The translations under genes and the position numbers were made by a program. Below the pieces are notes generated by a model. That model ran no database searches, was not told the origin of the DNA, and saw nothing but the letters and a program-made list of their open reading frames with translations. Shown piece by piece: positions 17,847 to 27,545 of a stretch of DNA of 32,000 nucleotides. Each line of letters opens with the position of its first letter. The stretch's first letter is position 1. The stretch covers positions 1 to 32,000 of the forward strand of contig JAUYSP010000058.1 of NCBI GenBank assembly GCA_030696305.1. The letters run 5' to 3'. Source of the stretch: Legionellaceae bacterium. GTDB taxonomy: Bacteria > Pseudomonadota > Gammaproteobacteria > Legionellales > Legionellaceae.

Positions 17847-19478
17847 TCAGTTTGGAAAGAAAGTATTCGCTGTATTAATACACCCAATACTTTCTTCTGC
17901 TAATGCATTTTTTTGTGGAAAATCTTCACGAAAATGTCCGCCTCGGGATTCTCGTCTCGATAAGGCTGCTCGGACTATTAATTCAGCATTAAGAATGATG
18001 TTGCGTAATTCGATAAAATCTCGGGTAATACGATGTTGCCAATAATATTCTTCGATAATAGTATGTCGCTGTAATATAAGTTGTAATAAATCATGTAATC
18101 CCGCTTCGGTGCGAACAATGCCAGCATACGATGTCATTTCGCCACGTAGACCACGCCAGTGTGCGTTAATTTGGCTCGTTCGTCGTGCATTTATTTCCCC
18201 AGACGAATTCCAATGTGCAACTTTTTGGTGATGAGGGCAGGGGGTGGAAATATCTTTTAAGGTACAATGCGCAGCATTAGAAGCCATGACTACTGCTTCG
18301 AGGAGCGAATTACTGGCTAATCGATTAGCCCCATGCAAACCAGTGAAAGCGACTTCACCAATGGCATATAAGCGTTTCAAATCGGTACGGCCATCGATAT
18401 CGGTTAATACCCCACCGCACTGGTAATGAGCGGCCGGCACCACTGGGATCAAATCTTGACTCATATCAATCCCAATGGACTGTAATGTAGTATATATTTG
18501 TGGAAAACGATTCATCAAAAAAGATTTTGATTGGTGTGTGATGTCTAAGTAAACCGAATTTTCTTGGCTTTGTTCTATTTCACTAAAAATAGCGCGGGCG
18601 ACGACATCACGAGTAGCTAATTCTAATTGTTCTGGCGCATAATGCTGCATGAATCGCTTACCATCCGCATTTTTTAGTAGGGCACCTTCGCCTCGTACTG
18701 CTTCTGATATCAGAAAATTATGCAGTGAATGATGATGCAGTAACGTAGGGTGAAATTGGTAAAATTCCATGTTGCCTACGCGAGCGCCTGCCCGATACGA
18801 CATAGCAACACCATCTCCAGTTGCGACCATAGGATTTGTGGTGTAACGATATGTTTTACCAGCCCCACCAGTTGCTAAAACGACGGCATTAGCCAAAAAT
18901 GTATGAATACGATCCGCTACGCAATCTAAAATATAAGCACCTAAAACCTCACCTCGATTGTCGGTTCGATGAGGATGATAGTGCGTGATTAAGTTGACGG
19001 CGATGTGGTTTTCAAATAAATGAATATTGGATTGTTGTTTTACGGTTTGTAATAAAGCATCGGTAACTGTTAAACCTGTTTGATCGCCGCAATTATATAT
19101 TCGACGATGAGAGTGGCCGCCTTCTTGTGCAAGCGTCGAGTTAAAATTAATTGCATATTCTTGTAATTGGGAAATTGCGGCGGGTCCTTGGCGAATAATG
19201 CATTCAACTGATGGTTTATAAGATAAGCCATCGCCTGAGCGCAAAGTATCTTCAATATGTGTTTCTTCAGAATCTTGAGGAGTGGATACCGCTGCAATGC
19301 CCCCTTGAGCATAACGGCTGTTGCATTCGGTAGCCGCTACTTTACTGATCAACGCAATCCTTAGTTTAGGTTGTAAACTAAGTAGTCGCATACAATAATG
19401 TAGCCCGGCAAGGCCGGTGCCTATTACTAAAACATCGTATTCATAAGTTTGTCCCTGTTGTGAAGGTACAGCTGTCAT
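17847..19478 (-). CDS. nadB: L-aspartate oxidase NadB
   Basis: DVLVIGTGLAGLHYCMRL, SRYAQGGIAAV, AVVLATGGAGKTYRYTTNPMVATGDGVAMSYRAGARVGNMEFYQFHPT, YQCGGVLTDIDGRTDLKRLYAIGEVAFTGLHGANRLASNSLLEAVV. Confidence 0.97.
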   Translation of the reverse strand: MTAVPSQQGQTYEYDVLVIGTGLAGLHYCMRLLSLQPKLRIALISKVAATECNSRYAQGGIAAVSTPQDSEETHIEDTLRSGDGLSYKPSVECIIRQGPAAISQLQEYAINFNSTLAQEGGHSHRRIYNCGDQTGLTVTDALLQTVKQQSNIHLFENHIAVNLITHYHPHRTDNRGEVLGAYILDCVADRIHTFLANAVVLATGGAGKTYRYTTNPMVATGDGVAMSYRAGARVGNMEFYQFHPTLLHHHSLHNFLISEAVRGEGALLKNADGKRFMQHYAPEQLELATRDVVARAIFSEIEQSQENSVYLDITHQSKSFLMNRFPQIYTTLQSIGIDMSQDLIPVVPAAHYQCGGVLTDIDGRTDLKRLYAIGEVAFTGLHGANRLASNSLLEAVVMASNAAHCTLKDISTPCPHHQKVAHWNSSGEINARRTSQINAHWRGLRGEMTSYAGIVRTEAGLHDLLQLILQRHTIIEEYYWQHRITRDFIELRNIILNAELIVRAALSRRESRGGHFREDFPQKNALAEESIGCINTANTFFPN

Positions 19479-20845
19479 GAAAACGCTTTCACAAGTTGTT
19501 TAGCTAGGCCAATGTAAGTGCCAGGGGTTAATTGTAATAAACGCTCTTTAGCATCATCTGGAATTGCTAATGCCTGAATAAATCCAGTGAGCTTGTCGCA
19601 ATCAATACCATGACCTCGTGTTAAATCACGCATTTGCTCATAAGCATTAGGCACTTGGTAGCGGCGCATGACGGTTTGAATAGCTTCAGATAAAATTTCC
19701 CAATTATTATCAAGATCAAGCTGCAGCGCACGTTGGTTGATTTGCAATTTTTCGTTGCCTTTGGCAATCGATTGATAGGCTATTAAAGAATAAGCAAAAG
19801 CAACGCCTAGATTGCGCATTACAGTCGAATCTGAAAGATCGCGTTGTAGGCGTGAGCGAGGTAATTTATTAGCGAAATGATCAAATAGTGTATTTGATAA
19901 GCCTAAATTGCCTTCGGCATTTTCAAAATCGATCGGGTTGACTTTATGTGGCATCGTTGATGACCCAACTTCATCGGCCACGGTTTTTTGTTTAAAATAA
20001 CCTAATGAAATATAATTCCAAACATCGCAAGTATAATCCAATAAAATCGTATTAATTCGGATCATGAGGTGTGATACTTCGGCAATACCATCATGAGGTT
20101 CAATTTGTGTGGTGTATGGGCTGAAAGATAAGCCTAATGAAGTAACAAAATGAGAGCAATGTTTACGCCAATCTACTTCAGGATAAGCTACCACATGCGC
20201 ATTGTAATTTCCTACCGCGCCGTTACATTTTGCTGAAATTAATACTTCTGCTAGTTGTTGCAGCGGGCGTTTTAGTCGAGATACAAAATTAATCAGTTCT
20301 TTGCCAATAGTGGTTGGCGTAGCGGGTTGACCATGTGTTCTTGAAAGCATAGGCACATCCCCGTGCTGTTTGCCTAATAGCGTAATACCACCAATAATTT
20401 CTGCTAAAGTGGGTTGAATGATTTGAGCAATCGCTTCTTTCATCATGAGTGCGTATGCTAAATTGTTGATATCTTCTGAAGTACACGCAAAATGAATAAA
20501 GCTAGTGAGTGGCTTTAAATCAGGGAAATGCTCTAACTTTTCTCGTAAATAATATTCAACCGCTTTCACATCATGATTCGTTTGTTTTTCATATGCTTTA
20601 ACCTTCATGGCTTCTTGTTCATCGAACTGTTGTAAGATATTTTTAAGAAAGTCGATGGATTGCTCATTCAAGGCCGGAACTTCAGTAATCGTTTCATTAG
20701 CAGCAAGTGATTCTAGCCAGCGAATTTCGACTAGCAATCGATAATAAATAAGAGCATATTCACTAAAAAATGGGCTGAGTAAAGTCGTTTTTTTTAGATA
20801 ACGACCGTCAATTGGTGAGATTGCAGTTAACGCAGATAGGGTCAT
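19475..20845 (-). CDS. purB: Adenylosuccinate lyase PurB
   Basis: LTALSAISPIDGRYLKKT, LKPLTSFIHFACTSEDINNLAYALM, MLSRTHGQPATPTTIGKEL, KCNGAVGNYNAH, VGSSTMPHKVNPIDFENAEGNLGLSN, LQRDLSDSTVMRNLGVAF. Confidence 0.98.
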   Translation of the reverse strand: MTLSALTAISPIDGRYLKKTTLLSPFFSEYALIYYRLLVEIRWLESLAANETITEVPALNEQSIDFLKNILQQFDEQEAMKVKAYEKQTNHDVKAVEYYLREKLEHFPDLKPLTSFIHFACTSEDINNLAYALMMKEAIAQIIQPTLAEIIGGITLLGKQHGDVPMLSRTHGQPATPTTIGKELINFVSRLKRPLQQLAEVLISAKCNGAVGNYNAHVVAYPEVDWRKHCSHFVTSLGLSFSPYTTQIEPHDGIAEVSHLMIRINTILLDYTCDVWNYISLGYFKQKTVADEVGSSTMPHKVNPIDFENAEGNLGLSNTLFDHFANKLPRSRLQRDLSDSTVMRNLGVAFAYSLIAYQSIAKGNEKLQINQRALQLDLDNNWEILSEAIQTVMRRYQVPNAYEQMRDLTRGHGIDCDKLTGFIQALAIPDDAKERLLQLTPGTYIGLAKQLVKAFS

Positions 20846-21029
20846 GGGCTTTTTTGAGTAAGAATAAAGGGTATATCATATTAGATGCGAGCGCAGATGT
20901 GAATATAAATTCCAGTTTGCTTGAATAAAATGAGTAAATAAAGCTGATTTCGTTATTTTGAAGACACGTATGGGTAATCCACGGCTTTGAATCACTGGAT
21001 CTTGCGGCTGAGCTACAGTATGACACGTG

Positions 21030-21110
21030 TCTTTGCGAGCATTACGAAGCAGCCCCAGAACGGTGTTCCAATTAAAAATTGTTCTAGGTTGCTTCGGCGG
21101 TTCGCAAACA
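21030..21110. repeat. Imperfect palindromic intergenic repeat element
   Basis: Left arm tctttgcgagcattacgaagcagcc (21030-21054); right arm ggttgcttcggcggttcgcaaaca (21087-21110), whose reverse complement is tgtttgcgaaccgccgaagcaacc. Confidence 0.55.
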
Positions 21111-21113
21111 AGG

Positions 21114-21674
21114 CTATAACGGATTCAATTGTATAGTTTCTTCGTCAGACTCTTCTCTTGACATAAGGTTTCTAGCGGCGTTATAGAATGAGACGTCAAT
21201 TACTGATGGATATTTCCAGGTGTTCTTTTGTAGTTTGTCATCTATAATCTGTGTTTTGCGATCGTTCGTATATCCTTGGATCGAAAGAATACCACGAGAG
21301 AAGGCTGATAGCAGTGCTAAAGCCATATTGCCTACATTCATAAGGATTAGAACGAATTCTTTTTGTAAACATGCTTTAAGGGTTACACTGAATTTTGGAT
21401 TATCTTTACATTCAATAAAATCTTCGTCCATTGGCTCTTCTTCAGGGTCATAGATGAAGGTAGTTAAGTAAGCAGCGAAGGTAAAAGCAAATAACAATGC
21501 ATTTTTGATTAATTTTATTAAATGATCTAAAAAAGAAGGCAACAACCGAAGTGCTACGCTGCGGCTCGAGTATGCGTGGGTTATGTTTGTTGCTTGCTGT
21601 ACCATATGGGCCCATTCATCATTTCTTGCGATTTCAAGGTCAGACTCGAGTTGTTTGAAAAAGGCTGTAGCCAC
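21114..21674 (-). CDS. Hypothetical membrane protein (186 aa)
   Basis: ORF with two hydrophobic segments (LIKNALLFAFTFAAYLTTFIY; FVLILMNVGNMALALLSAFS). No family recognised. Confidence 0.7.
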   Translation of the reverse strand: MATAFFKQLESDLEIARNDEWAHMVQQATNITHAYSSRSVALRLLPSFLDHLIKLIKNALLFAFTFAAYLTTFIYDPEEEPMDEDFIECKDNPKFSVTLKACLQKEFVLILMNVGNMALALLSAFSRGILSIQGYTNDRKTQIIDDKLQKNTWKYPSVIDVSFYNAARNLMSREESDEETIQLNPL

Positions 21675-21850
21675 GGTTAATCTCCATAGTTATGTTATAT
21701 TTTAAATCTGCTGCATTATGCCGGAAGTTGATTATATGTGCAACGAGAAATCACTTTGATTTATTATATCCTTATTTTTCACGGTATTTGAAACGTACCT
21801 ACACCGATGGTAGACTTCCACTTAACGTATTAATTGCAATTTTTCCATCT

Positions 21851-22366
21851 ATGCCTTCTCAACTTTCTCCACCACCCAAGTTAATACCTTGGTTGACATC
21901 TGTGGACTTTTTAACTAAAAAACTTCATACGTGTTCAGGCCATACCCAATTAACTGTACTTGAGCATCGCTGGATAAATACCAGTTGGTGGGATAGGTAC
22001 GTATTAAATTTAGAGTGTAATCGGGTATTATCTCGTGAAATTGCTATGCTAGCCTGGGATGTGCCTTGTTGGTATGCTAGAACCATTATTCCAATAAAAA
22101 CATATCAAGCGGATGCAAAATTATTTAATCAATTAGAACAAACTACATTAGGTCATCTTATTTTTAATGGAAACAAAATTAATCGAGAATCGTTAACATA
22201 TTATGCTATTGATAAACAATCAATTGAATATCATTGGTTACCGGAGGGCATGGATTGTAATTCTGAGGTCCTTTGGGTTCGATTATCTAAATTCGTTTTG
22301 GCATCTTGTGATCCGTTTTATCTGATTGAAATATTTTTACCAGGCTTGGAGAAGTACCTTTGTTGA
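21851..22366 (+). CDS. ubiC: Chorismate lyase UbiC
   Basis: KLIPWLTSVDFLTKKL, SREIAMLAWDVPCWYARTIIP, LEQTTLGHLIFN, EVLWVRLSKFVLASCDPFYLIEIFLPGLEKYL; upstream of ubiA. Start chosen at MPSQL; the track start is 21692. Confidence 0.82.
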   Translation: MPSQLSPPPKLIPWLTSVDFLTKKLHTCSGHTQLTVLEHRWINTSWWDRYVLNLECNRVLSREIAMLAWDVPCWYARTIIPIKTYQADAKLFNQLEQTTLGHLIFNGNKINRESLTYYAIDKQSIEYHWLPEGMDCNSEVLWVRLSKFVLASCDPFYLIEIFLPGLEKYLC

Positions 22367-23205
22367 ACTGGTCGGCTTATTATCGTCTCATGCGTTTTCA
22401 TAAGCCTGCGGGCATTGTGCTATTGTGGGTGCCGACGGCTTGGGCGTTATGGCTTGCTAATCGAGGTATGCCAAGTCTCGTGTTATTGATCTATTTTTTT
22501 CTCGGTACTGTGTGTATGCGCGCGGCTGGCTGTGTGGTCAATGACATTGCAGACAGACATATCGATAAACATGTAACCCGAACGCAGGCTCGCCCACTGA
22601 CATCAGGTGAAATAAATCTATTTGAAGCAATGGCTTTATTATTCGCATTATTGTGTATTGCCTTATTCATAGTAACTAGATTGCCGATACTGTGTTTTTA
22701 TGAAGCTTTATTGGCATTGTTCATTACAATTGTTTATCCGTTTTGTAAACGAATTTTTCAAGCGCCGCAATTGATATTGGGACTCGCTTTTTCTATGGGG
22801 ATTCCGATGGTCTATGCGGCATCTGGTAAAGCGCCTGATCAGATTATGTGCTTATTATTTATACTTAATTTTGCTTGGATAGTGGCATATGACACGATGT
22901 ATGCTATGGTAGATAGGGCGGATGATTTATTAATAGGAGTTAAATCTACAGCGATTCTTTTTGCCTCCTATGATCGATTAATCATAGGATTATTGCAATT
23001 AATCTGTCATGGTTTTTGGTTGCTGATTGGTTTGATGATTCATGCTTCGGTCGTTTTTTATGTATGTTGGGGCATCGGACTGGGGATTTTTATTTTTCAA
23101 CAATACTTACTTGCGTTGCGCGATCATTCGTCATACTGGCGTGCATTTGTGATAAATGGTTGGTATGGCCTGGTGATGTGGCTTGGGCTGGTGGGGTCAA
23201 GCTAG
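22360..23205 (+). CDS. ubiA: 4-hydroxybenzoate octaprenyltransferase UbiA
   Basis: YRLMRFHKPAGIVLLWVPTAWALWLA, AAGCVVNDIADRHIDKHVTRTQARPLTSGEI, FSMGIPMVYAA, YDTMYAMVDRADDLLIGVKSTAILF. Overlaps ubiC by 7 nt. Confidence 0.96.
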   Translation: MLNWSAYYRLMRFHKPAGIVLLWVPTAWALWLANRGMPSLVLLIYFFLGTVCMRAAGCVVNDIADRHIDKHVTRTQARPLTSGEINLFEAMALLFALLCIALFIVTRLPILCFYEALLALFITIVYPFCKRIFQAPQLILGLAFSMGIPMVYAASGKAPDQIMCLLFILNFAWIVAYDTMYAMVDRADDLLIGVKSTAILFASYDRLIIGLLQLICHGFWLLIGLMIHASVVFYVCWGIGLGIFIFQQYLLALRDHSSYWRAFVINGWYGLVMWLGLVGSS

Positions 23206-23967
23206 CCCGCTTGTACCAATACGAAAAGAGTGTTTATCCACGTTTAATTCTAAAACATGCTCTGCCAATTGAATATACTGCTGTGCTTGTCCGATCGTTC
23301 TTATACCGCCAGATACTTTAATACCGCATGGTGCTTGTATTTCACGAATGGCGGCTAGTATTGCAAAAGCGGCAGGCAGGGTGGCGCCGGTATCGATTTT
23401 GCCGGTTGAGGTTTTTAAAAAATCGCAGCCCTTTTCAATCAATTCAAGACTGAGTTTGTAAATTACATCAAGCGAAGGCAAAGCGCCTGTTTCAAGAATA
23501 ATTTTGAATGTCAGATGATTGGCTTTGCATAACTGATAGGCCTCGCGACATGCTGCTAAGGCTTTTGTTTTATTATTCGCTAAATACAACTGATATGGAA
23601 AAACATAATCAATTTCATCGACTTGGTTTTGGCGCATGATGTTTTCTATGTCATACATGACTTCATTATGAGGCTGGTTACCTGTTGGAAAATTAACGAC
23701 AGTGGCTCGAGTTATCTTATCCGGTATGTGGCACAGATGAGATGGAAAGACACAAATGGCTGCTACATTTTGATGAATCGCTTTTTCAATTAGGTTATCG
23801 ATAGCATCTTTTGTTGTCTGTTCATTAAGTAAAGTTAAATCAATAAGCGAGTTAACTTTAGACAATGAGTGCAGGTCATCTTGCAGTGAAGTTCCTTCAC
23901 TGTGTTCAAGATGACGTTGTTTGAGTAAAGCGAGGGTTTTTGTGGATTGGGATTCGAGATTACTCAT
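23197..23967 (-). CDS. deoC: Deoxyribose-phosphate aldolase
   Basis: SLIDLTLLNEQTTKDAIDNLIEKA, AAICVFPSHL, TVVNFPTGNQP, IDYVFPYQLYLANN, FKIILETGAL, GCDFLKTSTGKIDTGATLPAAFAI, GIKVSGGIRT. Confidence 0.95.
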   Translation of the reverse strand: MSNLESQSTKTLALLKQRHLEHSEGTSLQDDLHSLSKVNSLIDLTLLNEQTTKDAIDNLIEKAIHQNVAAICVFPSHLCHIPDKITRATVVNFPTGNQPHNEVMYDIENIMRQNQVDEIDYVFPYQLYLANNKTKALAACREAYQLCKANHLTFKIILETGALPSLDVIYKLSLELIEKGCDFLKTSTGKIDTGATLPAAFAILAAIREIQAPCGIKVSGGIRTIGQAQQYIQLAEHVLELNVDKHSFRIGTSGLA

Positions 23968-24370
23968 GATTCGACTCAGTTGCTAGTTGTCGAATTAGAT
24001 CTGGGAAAGGTATTGATTTATTAGTTTGATAGTCCACCCAAACAATTTTACAAACACCTTGAGCTATTAATGTTTCTTCTTGATATAAATCATGGTCCAT
24101 CATCAAACTGCTTCGCCCTAACGTATGAAGTTGGCTGCGCAACGTCACGGTAGCGGGATAAACCAATGGTTTTAAATATGTACATGCGATATGAAGTAAT
24201 ACAGGGCCTGTTTTTTGTTGCATGTCCAGTTGTAAACTACTGAGCCATTCGATTCGTGCTTCTTGAAAATAATCAAAATATCGGACGTTATTGACATGTC
24301 CTAATGCGTCCATATCCCCCCATGCAATATCGAATATTTTTTCATGTACGGCAATTTTTTGATTTGTCAT
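23960..24370 (-). CDS. Hotdog-fold acyl-CoA thioesterase (4HBT/YbgC-like)
   Basis: KIFDIAWGDMDALGHVNNVRYFDYFQEARIEWL (4HBT motif), YLKPLVYPATVTLRSQL. Overlaps deoC by 8 nt. Confidence 0.9.
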   Translation of the reverse strand: MTNQKIAVHEKIFDIAWGDMDALGHVNNVRYFDYFQEARIEWLSSLQLDMQQKTGPVLLHIACTYLKPLVYPATVTLRSQLHTLGRSSLMMDHDLYQEETLIAQGVCKIVWVDYQTNKSIPFPDLIRQLATESNHE

Positions 24371-24491
24371 GTTGATACATTAAAAGTTTTTTGGAAATTG
24401 TAGCATGTTTTCGTGTATAATATGCGGCTTGAAATTTAACAAATAGATTTTATGTGAAAATTATATAATCTAAAATTAATTTGGAGCTCTA

Positions 24492-24923
24492 ATGTCTACT
24501 GAATACACGCTATCTATTATTAAACCAGATGCTGTTGCAAAAAACGTAATTGGTCAAATCTATTCACGTTTTGAACAAGCAGGCTTGACTGTTGTTGCAG
24601 CAAAAATGGCACATTTGTCACGTGAGCAAGCAGAAGGATTTTATGCAGTACATAAAGAGCGTCCTTTTTTCAATGCCTTAGTATCATTTATGATTTCTGG
24701 TCCAGTAATGATTCAAGTATTAAAAGGCGAAAATGCTGTTGCTAAGCATCGTGATATCATGGGCGCTACTAATCCTAAAGAAGCTGCTCCCGGCACAATT
24801 CGTGCTGATTTTGCTGATAGTATTGATGCGAATGCGGTGCATGGTTCAGATGCTGTCGAAACTGCGCAACAAGAAATCGCATTTTTCTTTGAGCCAAATG
24901 AATTGTGTGAACGAAACGCATGA
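24492..24923 (+). CDS. ndk: Nucleoside diphosphate kinase
   Basis: [113 protein letters not shown]. Confidence 0.99.
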   Translation: MSTEYTLSIIKPDAVAKNVIGQIYSRFEQAGLTVVAAKMAHLSREQAEGFYAVHKERPFFNALVSFMISGPVMIQVLKGENAVAKHRDIMGATNPKEAAPGTIRADFADSIDANAVHGSDAVETAQQEIAFFFEPNELCERNA

Positions 24924-26026
24924 GTCTAAAAACAAATCTGCTGGATTTTAACTATCAACAAATGCGTCAATTCTTTCTTGATCTAGGAGAGAAGCCATTT
25001 CGCGCGCAACAAGTGATGCAATGGATTCATCAGTTTGGTTTTTATGATTTTGAACAAATGACCAATCTTGGTAAGGGGCTGCGTCAGCGCCTTACTGAGG
25101 TTGCTGAAATTCGATTACCTGAAATTACAGCGTGCCAAGAATCTAGTGATGGTACGCATAAATGGTTGTTGAAATTAGCTTGCGGCAATAGCATTGAAAC
25201 CGTTTACATTCCAGAAGCAAAACGTGGCACTTTATGTGTTTCATCGCAGGTTGGTTGCGGTTTGAATTGCAGTTTTTGCTCTACAGCTAAACAAGGATTT
25301 AATCGAAATTTATCTACTGCGGAAATTATTGGCCAAGTTTGGGTTGCTGTACGTGAGCTTTCTACCCGAAATGGTGAACATGATAAACGTGTTACCAATG
25401 TCGTTATGATGGGTATGGGAGAGCCATTACTCAATTTTGAGCCAGTAGTTACGGCATTAGATATTATGATGGATGACTTTGCTTATGGTTTATCCAAACG
25501 TCGTGTGACCCTGAGTACCTCGGGTGTTATTCCTGAAATGGAGCGCTTACGTGAGCGCAGCCCGGTCGCATTAGCCGTGTCATTACATGCGCCGACAGAT
25601 GAGTTACGTAATGAATTGGTTCCTATTAACAAAAAATATCCCTTAGTACAACTGATGGAACTATGCGCACGTTATTTTAAAGACGAGCCAAGACGTGTAG
25701 TGACTTTTGAATACGTGATGTTAAAAGGTGTCAATGATCAGCCTGAACATGCTGCGCAATTAATTAAACTATTGCAAAATGTCCCTTGTAAAGTGAATTT
25801 AATTCCGTTTAATCCTTTTCCCTTGACGCAATATCAGCGCTCATCCAATAACGCAATTAATGCTTTTCGCGATCAACTGATGGCTCAAGGTATTAATACG
25901 ATTACCCGAAAAACGCGCGGCGATGACATCGATGCAGCCTGTGGGCAATTAGCGGGCGAAGTAAATGATAGAACAAGTCGTTCTAGACGTTGGCAAAAAA
26001 TTCATTTTATGCCTAAAGAGGCCTGA
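24920..26026 (+). CDS. rlmN: 23S rRNA (adenine2503-C2)-methyltransferase RlmN
   Basis: [116 protein letters not shown] overlap with ndk. Confidence 0.98.
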   Translation: MSLKTNLLDFNYQQMRQFFLDLGEKPFRAQQVMQWIHQFGFYDFEQMTNLGKGLRQRLTEVAEIRLPEITACQESSDGTHKWLLKLACGNSIETVYIPEAKRGTLCVSSQVGCGLNCSFCSTAKQGFNRNLSTAEIIGQVWVAVRELSTRNGEHDKRVTNVVMMGMGEPLLNFEPVVTALDIMMDDFAYGLSKRRVTLSTSGVIPEMERLRERSPVALAVSLHAPTDELRNELVPINKKYPLVQLMELCARYFKDEPRRVVTFEYVMLKGVNDQPEHAAQLIKLLQNVPCKVNLIPFNPFPLTQYQRSSNNAINAFRDQLMAQGINTITRKTRGDDIDAACGQLAGEVNDRTSRSRRWQKIHFMPKEA

Positions 26027-26164
26027 AGACTTCATTTAGCCTTAAGGAACGTCTGATACAATGCGGCCTTTATAATTTTAAAAACGAAATGGAAAACACA
26101 ACGTTGCCGTTGACAGCCAAGGAAGATGTTTTTTTCTTTTTCATATATGTTAATGAGGTAACCG

Positions 26165-26692
26165 ATGTTTAAACGTATCAGCAGTTTTTCTCTTTTTAAT
26201 TCTAATTATAATTCTAGACAAACAACACCAGTTCCTTCTGAAGTTGAATCCAGAGTAAACACGCCTAATCCCAATTCTCTTCGAGATGCGTCGTATTCTC
26301 CGGAGAGCGTAGCCCGAGTGTTGACCCCTGTATCGCGCAAAATTGGCTTAGCTCAACTGAAGAAAAATATACTCAATAAAAATCTTGACGAAGTTGACTC
26401 TTGGGTATTACAAGACAATGCAGATGAGTGTTCTCACATTCCTCTAGGTGAGTATTTTTTCATTGAATTAAAATCTAGGATCTATATTCTTTCGCTGGAT
26501 GATGAGCCTGTGTTTAATCAATATTTGGAGGCTGAAAAAGTGAAGAGTATTCTTGAGTATGCGGGAGAAATTTGCTTTGAAGACGATTATTCGGGTGTTA
26601 TTAAGTCGTGTACCCATCGTTATAAGGCACCGGATGCATTGGAGCCGATGTTACCTGAAGTGACTAATTATTCGAATGCATTAATAATATAA
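26165..26692 (+). CDS. Hypothetical protein (175 aa), Ser/Pro/Thr-rich N-terminus
   Basis: ORF between rlmN and pilW; N-terminal NSRQTTPVPSEVESRVNTPNPNSLRDASYSPESVARVLTPVS. TAATGAGGTAACCGATG gives a GAGG RBS. No family recognised. Confidence 0.7.
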   Translation: MFKRISSFSLFNSNYNSRQTTPVPSEVESRVNTPNPNSLRDASYSPESVARVLTPVSRKIGLAQLKKNILNKNLDEVDSWVLQDNADECSHIPLGEYFFIELKSRIYILSLDDEPVFNQYLEAEKVKSILEYAGEICFEDDYSGVIKSCTHRYKAPDALEPMLPEVTNYSNALII

Positions 26693-26700
26693 TGGATAAA

Positions 26701-26723
26701 CCCCGAGCTGCAACTGCTCGGGG
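26701..26723. terminator. Strong GC hairpin (possible terminator or structured element, no T-tract)
   Basis: ccccgagc-tgcaact-gctcgggg: perfect 8-bp stem, starting 8 nt after the end of the 175 aa CDS; followed by attgac, not a U-run. Confidence 0.45.
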
Positions 26724-26867
26724 ATTGACAACCCCCTCCCAAAGATCACAAGTTCAGTGCGCTGAATGTTCAATTTTTCTTAAGCTTTCAATCAAACCAC
26801 CCGCATGCTTTTTTTAGGATTATGATTCAGGTATAATGGCTCACCCGTTTCTTATGATGAGCATGGA

Positions 26868-27527
26868 TTGAAATCTCGTTACGTGGTTCTGACCATTATT
26901 TTTTTAACATTGCAATCGTGTCGGCATACACAAGAAATTACTCGGCAACAAGATGCCGCGATGTATAATACGCAACTTGGTTTGGCATATCTGAATCAAG
27001 GTGATCGTGTGTTAGCCAAACGTAAGTTATTAATGGCTTTGAAACAGGCGCCTAATTCGCCTAACGTAAATGGATCGATGGCTTATTTTATGGAAAAAAC
27101 AGGTGATTGGGACAAAGCAGGATATTTTTATCGAAACGCGTTATTGCTTGCTCCAGGACGGGGCGCTCAATTAAATAATTACGGCGCTTTCTTATGTCGT
27201 AGAGGTCATTACAAATTGGCTGAGCATTATTTTTTATTAGCTGTAAATGACTCTCAGTATGAGCATACCGCTGCAGCTTATGAAAATGCAGGGTTGTGTG
27301 CAATGGCTATGCCAAATCTTCACAAGGCAGAAACCTATTTTAAAAAGGCTTTGATGCAGGATCCATCGCGTCGTCAATCATTGTCTGAATTGGTACGGAT
27401 TGAATTAAAACAAGGAAAGGCTGATGTAGCATGGAAACAGCTGCAAAAATACCCTTTAATCGTTTCACGTGATGCAACATTATCAAAATTAGCAGTTGAG
27501 GTTGCACGTAAGGCAAACAGAAATTAG
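26868..27527 (+). CDS. pilW: Type IV pilus biogenesis/stability protein PilW/PilF (TPR lipoprotein)
   Basis: Lipoprotein-like signal MKSRYVVLTIIFLTLQSC; TPR repeats (YNTQLGLAYLNQGDRVLAKRKLLMALKQAPNSP; GRGAQLNNYGAFLCRRGHYKLAEHYFLLAV); located downstream of ndk-rlmN. Confidence 0.88.
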   Translation: MKSRYVVLTIIFLTLQSCRHTQEITRQQDAAMYNTQLGLAYLNQGDRVLAKRKLLMALKQAPNSPNVNGSMAYFMEKTGDWDKAGYFYRNALLLAPGRGAQLNNYGAFLCRRGHYKLAEHYFLLAVNDSQYEHTAAAYENAGLCAMAMPNLHKAETYFKKALMQDPSRRQSLSELVRIELKQGKADVAWKQLQKYPLIVSRDATLSKLAVEVARKANRN

Positions 27528-27545
27528 CAACAGTTGGAGTAAACT

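Noticed and set aside
17734-18045. 103 aa forward ORF antisense to nadA/nadB
   Set aside because: Antisense shadow of conserved coding sequence.
23016-23321. 101 aa forward ORF overlapping ubiA and deoC ends
   Set aside because: Lies across two well supported converging genes; no motif.
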